Positions 60,778 through 64,000 of a stretch of DNA of 64,000 bases are shown here, one piece after another (position 1 is the first letter of the stretch; the number at the start of each line of letters is the position of its first letter). Under the pieces are notes generated by a model. The model did no database searches, was not told the origin of the DNA, and saw only the letters and a list, made by a program, of their open reading frames with translations. The stretch comes from Negativicutes bacterium. Its GTDB lineage: Bacteria > Bacillota > Negativicutes > UBA1444. Location: positions 512,001 through 576,000 of the forward strand of contig CAXXIN010000007.1 of the NCBI GenBank assembly GCA_963665275.2, written 5' to 3'. The translations under genes were made by a program, and so were the position numbers.

Positions 60778-61902
60778 TCAGGCAATATTCTTGTGAAATC
60801 TCTTGACTGCCATTGTTAAAACCAGGCTCCCAAGAACGAACAGTGCCAACATTTGCGGCCATAATATCGCCACTCCAGCTCCCTTTAGAAAAATTCCCCG
60901 GATGATAATCAGAAAATATCGCAATGGATTCAGATAGGTGAACAATTGCACTATCCCCGGCATATTGGCGATGGGGAACATGAATCCGGACAGGAGCACC
61001 GCCGGGAGATAAAAGAAGAAGGCCGACATCATGGCTTGCTGCTGGGTATCCGAAATGGTGGAAATGTAAAGACCGATGCCAATTGTTGTCATCAGATAAA
61101 ACCCATTGGCTGCCAGTAGCATGGCGATGCTGCCCTGAACCGGGATATCGAACCAGAATACGCTAATCAGCGTAACAAAAATCATGTTGACATAACCGAG
61201 AATAATCGACGGCATCGTTTTACCCAAAATAAATTCTGCCGAAGTGATCGGTGTAACAATGATCTGCTCCATGGTGCCCATTTCCTTTTCCCGGACTACC
61301 GACATACTGGTCAGCAGCAAGGTAACCAGCATTACGATCGATGCAATGACCCCCGGAACGTAAAAGTTCCGACTGGTCAAGTTTTCGTTAAACCAGGCTC
61401 GGGTCAGAAGATTGACCCCCATCGGTTCCTTTCCGGGAACCCCCGTTCGTTTCTGCAGAATTTCAATGGCGTCATTTCGTATAATGCCGTTTGCATAGTT
61501 CAAGACTACGCCGGCGGTGTTGGAATCCGTGCCGTCGACAATGATCTGAACTGAGGCCGTGGTCCCGGCTGTCAGGTTGGCGCTGTAATCAGGCGGAATA
61601 CGAAGAATCGCCGACACTTCTGCATGGTCGATGAGTTCGTCCATCTCCCTGTCGCTCCCTATCACTGTCTTAACCGTAAAGTAGCCCGAGCGAACAAATC
61701 GGTCGATCAGATCCCTGCTTTCCGGCGTTTGGCTCTGATCGTAGATGGCAGTGTCCACCTGTTTCACATCCGTTGTCACTGCATAACCAAAGACCATGCT
61801 CTGCACCAGCGGCATCACCAGCACAATCGCCCGCATTTTGGAATTGCGAAATATCTGGATAAATTCCTTCCTGATCATGCACAGTAATCGTTCCATCGCC
61901 AT
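60778..61902 (-). CDS. ABC-2 exporter permease (YbhR-like)
   Basis: KEFIQI.R, VDGTDSN, VREKEMGTMEQ, LSGFMFPI.NMP. Confidence 0.9.
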   Translation of the reverse strand: MAMERLLCMIRKEFIQIFRNSKMRAIVLVMPLVQSMVFGYAVTTDVKQVDTAIYDQSQTPESRDLIDRFVRSGYFTVKTVIGSDREMDELIDHAEVSAILRIPPDYSANLTAGTTASVQIIVDGTDSNTAGVVLNYANGIIRNDAIEILQKRTGVPGKEPMGVNLLTRAWFNENLTSRNFYVPGVIASIVMLVTLLLTSMSVVREKEMGTMEQIIVTPITSAEFILGKTMPSIILGYVNMIFVTLISVFWFDIPVQGSIAMLLAANGFYLMTTIGIGLYISTISDTQQQAMMSAFFFYLPAVLLSGFMFPIANMPGIVQLFTYLNPLRYFLIIIRGIFLKGAGVAILWPQMLALFVLGSLVLTMAVKRFHKNIA

Positions 61903-61905
61903 ATT

Positions 61906-63039
61906 CTACACCAACCTTTTCTTCAGCTTAACGTTGGCGACGACGATCAGCACCACGGCAAAGAGCAGGAGAACTCCGGCCTCATATTTTATCATCGCCA
62001 TTCCGGCCCCTTTGAGGTAGATGTTCTTTAAGATGGCGACAAAAAATCTGGAAGGAACCATATAGGTCAGTCCCTGAATGACAACTGGCATATTCGCTAT
62101 GGAATACATAAATCCCGACAGCAAAAATGACGGCAAAAAGGTCAGCACCATCGCCAGCTGGCTTGCCAGCAGTTGCGACCGGGTTACGATACTGATCAGC
62201 ATTCCCATGGTAAGGGCCCCGGGGAGAAATATCGCCGCCATGCCGAAAACAAGGGCGGCATTGCCGCGGAGCGGAACATCAAATATGATTTGCCCCATTA
62301 AAACCGCCAAAGCGACATCCAGCATGCCGATTACAAAATAGGGAGTCAATTTCCCTGTAATCAATTCACCGGGAGTCAGCGGCGTGGTGATTAACTGCTC
62401 CATCGTTCCGTTCTCCCATTCGCGGGCGATGGTGAGCGAAGTCAGCAATGCGGCGATGACCATCATGATGACAGCGATCAGGCCCGGAATAATATAGTTT
62501 TTCGCCTGCATGTTCTGGTTGAACCATACCCGCGGCTTGGCTTCCAATGGGACGATTGCAGTTTTGGCGCCCCGTTGCCGGGCTGTTTGAATCAGTAGGG
62601 AACTGGTATAGCCGTCTGTCACCATTTGGGCATACCCAATAGCGATAGTGGCGGTATTGGCATCACTGCCGTCGGCAATCAGCTGCACATCAGCAGCATG
62701 ACCGCTCTCCAGCTTGCGGCTGAAGTCACGGGGAACCACCAACGCCAGTATCGCCTCGCGTTTGTCGATAGCCTCTTCAATCTCCGCATAGGAAGTGACA
62801 TAACCGGTCAGACCGAAATAACGGGAAGCGGTAAACCGTCCGATGAATTCGCGGCTGTCGCTGGTTCCGTTTTGGTCCCATATCACCAGTGGCACATTGT
62901 CCACATCCAGGCTCAGTGAGGAACCAAAAAGAAAGATCAGTAGAATGGGCATCGCAATCGCCATTCCAAGGCTGCGGGGGTCGCGGATGATGTGGATGAA
63001 TTCTTTTTTAGCAATGGCGATGATCCGATGGATATTCAT
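61906..63039 (-). CDS. ABC-2 exporter permease (YbhS-like)
   Basis: KEFIHIIRDPRS, DGSDAN, AREWENGTMEQL. Confidence 0.9.
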   Translation of the reverse strand: MNIHRIIAIAKKEFIHIIRDPRSLGMAIAMPILLIFLFGSSLSLDVDNVPLVIWDQNGTSDSREFIGRFTASRYFGLTGYVTSYAEIEEAIDKREAILALVVPRDFSRKLESGHAADVQLIADGSDANTATIAIGYAQMVTDGYTSSLLIQTARQRGAKTAIVPLEAKPRVWFNQNMQAKNYIIPGLIAVIMMVIAALLTSLTIAREWENGTMEQLITTPLTPGELITGKLTPYFVIGMLDVALAVLMGQIIFDVPLRGNAALVFGMAAIFLPGALTMGMLISIVTRSQLLASQLAMVLTFLPSFLLSGFMYSIANMPVVIQGLTYMVPSRFFVAILKNIYLKGAGMAMIKYEAGVLLLFAVVLIVVANVKLKKRLV

Positions 63040-64000
63040 AAGGCCACCGCCGGAATTCCCGTTTTACTGTCACGGGCTTCAATGATCGATACAAACACGT
63101 CTTCAAGAGAGGGCTTGATTTTTTCCAGTTTTGTATATGTGGCTTTCCGCTCCTCTAATGCCGTGACAATAACCGGTATTGCCGTTTGTGCATCTTCGAC
63201 GCTCAGGTGCAGACCGCGCCCGAAGAGCGCTGCTTCCTTTATCTTGGAAATGCCTTTAATTTTTTGCAGTATCCCGAAAGGATCGGGGCACTCCAGATTC
63301 AGGATATCCGCGTTCATGTATCTGGCTTTCAATTCGTCGGGAGTGCCAATGGCCACCATTTCACCCCGGTAAATCATGGCCAGGCGGTCGCAGTATTCGG
63401 CTTCATCCATATAGTGGGTTGTCACGAACACAGTAACGCCTTCAGCGGCAAGCTGGTAAATCAGATCCCAGAAGTTGCGGCGGGAGATCGGATCGACGCC
63501 AGATGTCGGCTCATCCAGAAATATCACCGGCGGTTTATGAAGCAAGGCGCAGCCCAGAGCCAGCCGCTGCCGCCATCCCCCGGGCAAAATGGAAGTGAGA
63601 CTGTTTCGATGCTCTTCCAATCCGGACATTTTTACGACCCAATCTTTGCGCGCTTTTTTTTCTTCTTTCGGAATCTGATAAATACCGCTGTAAAAGTCGA
63701 TATTTTCTTCCACCGTCAGATCTTCATACAGCGAAAACTTTTGCGACATATATCCGATGTGGGCTTTGATCTGTTCAGCTTCTGTAAACACGTCAAAACC
63801 AATTACGTTGGCTTTTCCGGCTGTAGGAACAATGATGCCGCAGAGCATCCGCATGGTGGTCGACTTCCCGGCTCCGTTCGGCCCGAGAAATCCAAATATT
63901 TCACCCCGTTTCACCTGAAAGGACACCTTGTTTACGGCCTGGAAATCTCCGAATCTCTTTTCCAGATTTTCCACCGTTACTGCGTATTCAGGCGTTATTG
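63036..64000 (-). CDS. ABC exporter ATP-binding subunit (YbhF-like); 5' end probably beyond window
   Basis: GPNGAGKST, LPGG, FLDEPT, TTHYMDEAE; frame open to the window edge. Confidence 0.9.
   Translation of the reverse strand, partial: ITPEYAVTVENLEKRFGDFQAVNKVSFQVKRGEIFGFLGPNGAGKSTTMRMLCGIIVPTAGKANVIGFDVFTEAEQIKAHIGYMSQKFSLYEDLTVEENIDFYSGIYQIPKEEKKARKDWVVKMSGLEEHRNSLTSILPGGWRQRLALGCALLHKPPVIFLDEPTSGVDPISRRNFWDLIYQLAAEGVTVFVTTHYMDEAEYCDRLAMIYRGEMVAIGTPDELKARYMNADILNLECPDPFGILQKIKGISKIKEAALFGRGLHLSVEDAQTAIPVIVTALEERKATYTKLEKIKPSLEDVFVSIIEARDSKTGIPAVAL

Noticed and set aside
1-64000. tRNA, rRNA, CRISPR array, integrase/recombinase gene
   Set aside because: None recognised by eye on either strand; a covariance-model scan would be needed to exclude small RNAs.

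Overview
A 64-kb accessory region. Nearly every gene is on the minus strand; the intact exceptions are a HAD hydrolase and an IS256 transposase. The host is probably an anaerobic Firmicute, with Negativicutes/Sporomusaceae-like gene content (inference). From low to high coordinates: (1) 1-22.8 kb is a dense c-di-GMP/chemotaxis signalling block (membrane DGC, PAS-PucR, PocR hybrid kinase + HD-GYP regulator, two dCache-GGDEF-HD-GYP proteins, MCP, REC-REC-GGDEF-hemerythrin), plus an amidase, a GH13 enzyme and nested IS3/IS5 relics. (2) 23-31 kb holds small metabolic genes and pseudogene debris. (3) 31-48.6 kb is a defence island: Fic, a decayed primase broken by a 309-bp IS21-type MITE, an intact IS256, broken rhuM, a translationally coupled hsdR-hsdM-hsdS(+C-terminal extension)-ABC ATPase-HNH operon followed by a second HNH nuclease, and an AbiE-like pair. 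(4) 48.7-64 kb is a nitrosative/oxidative-stress and metal cluster (hcp, flavodiiron protein, two hemerythrins, two ferredoxins, split TauE, Mo-oxidoreductase, ABC exporter). Two ~128-bp direct repeats carry the last codons of an rlmD/rumA-type gene (HVECVALIEKQ*). This suggests the region grew by tandem accretion of islands at the rlmD 3' end. The most promising candidate system is the type I RM operon with an embedded Septu-like ATPase-HNH effector. All calls come from motif recognition by eye; no searches were run.
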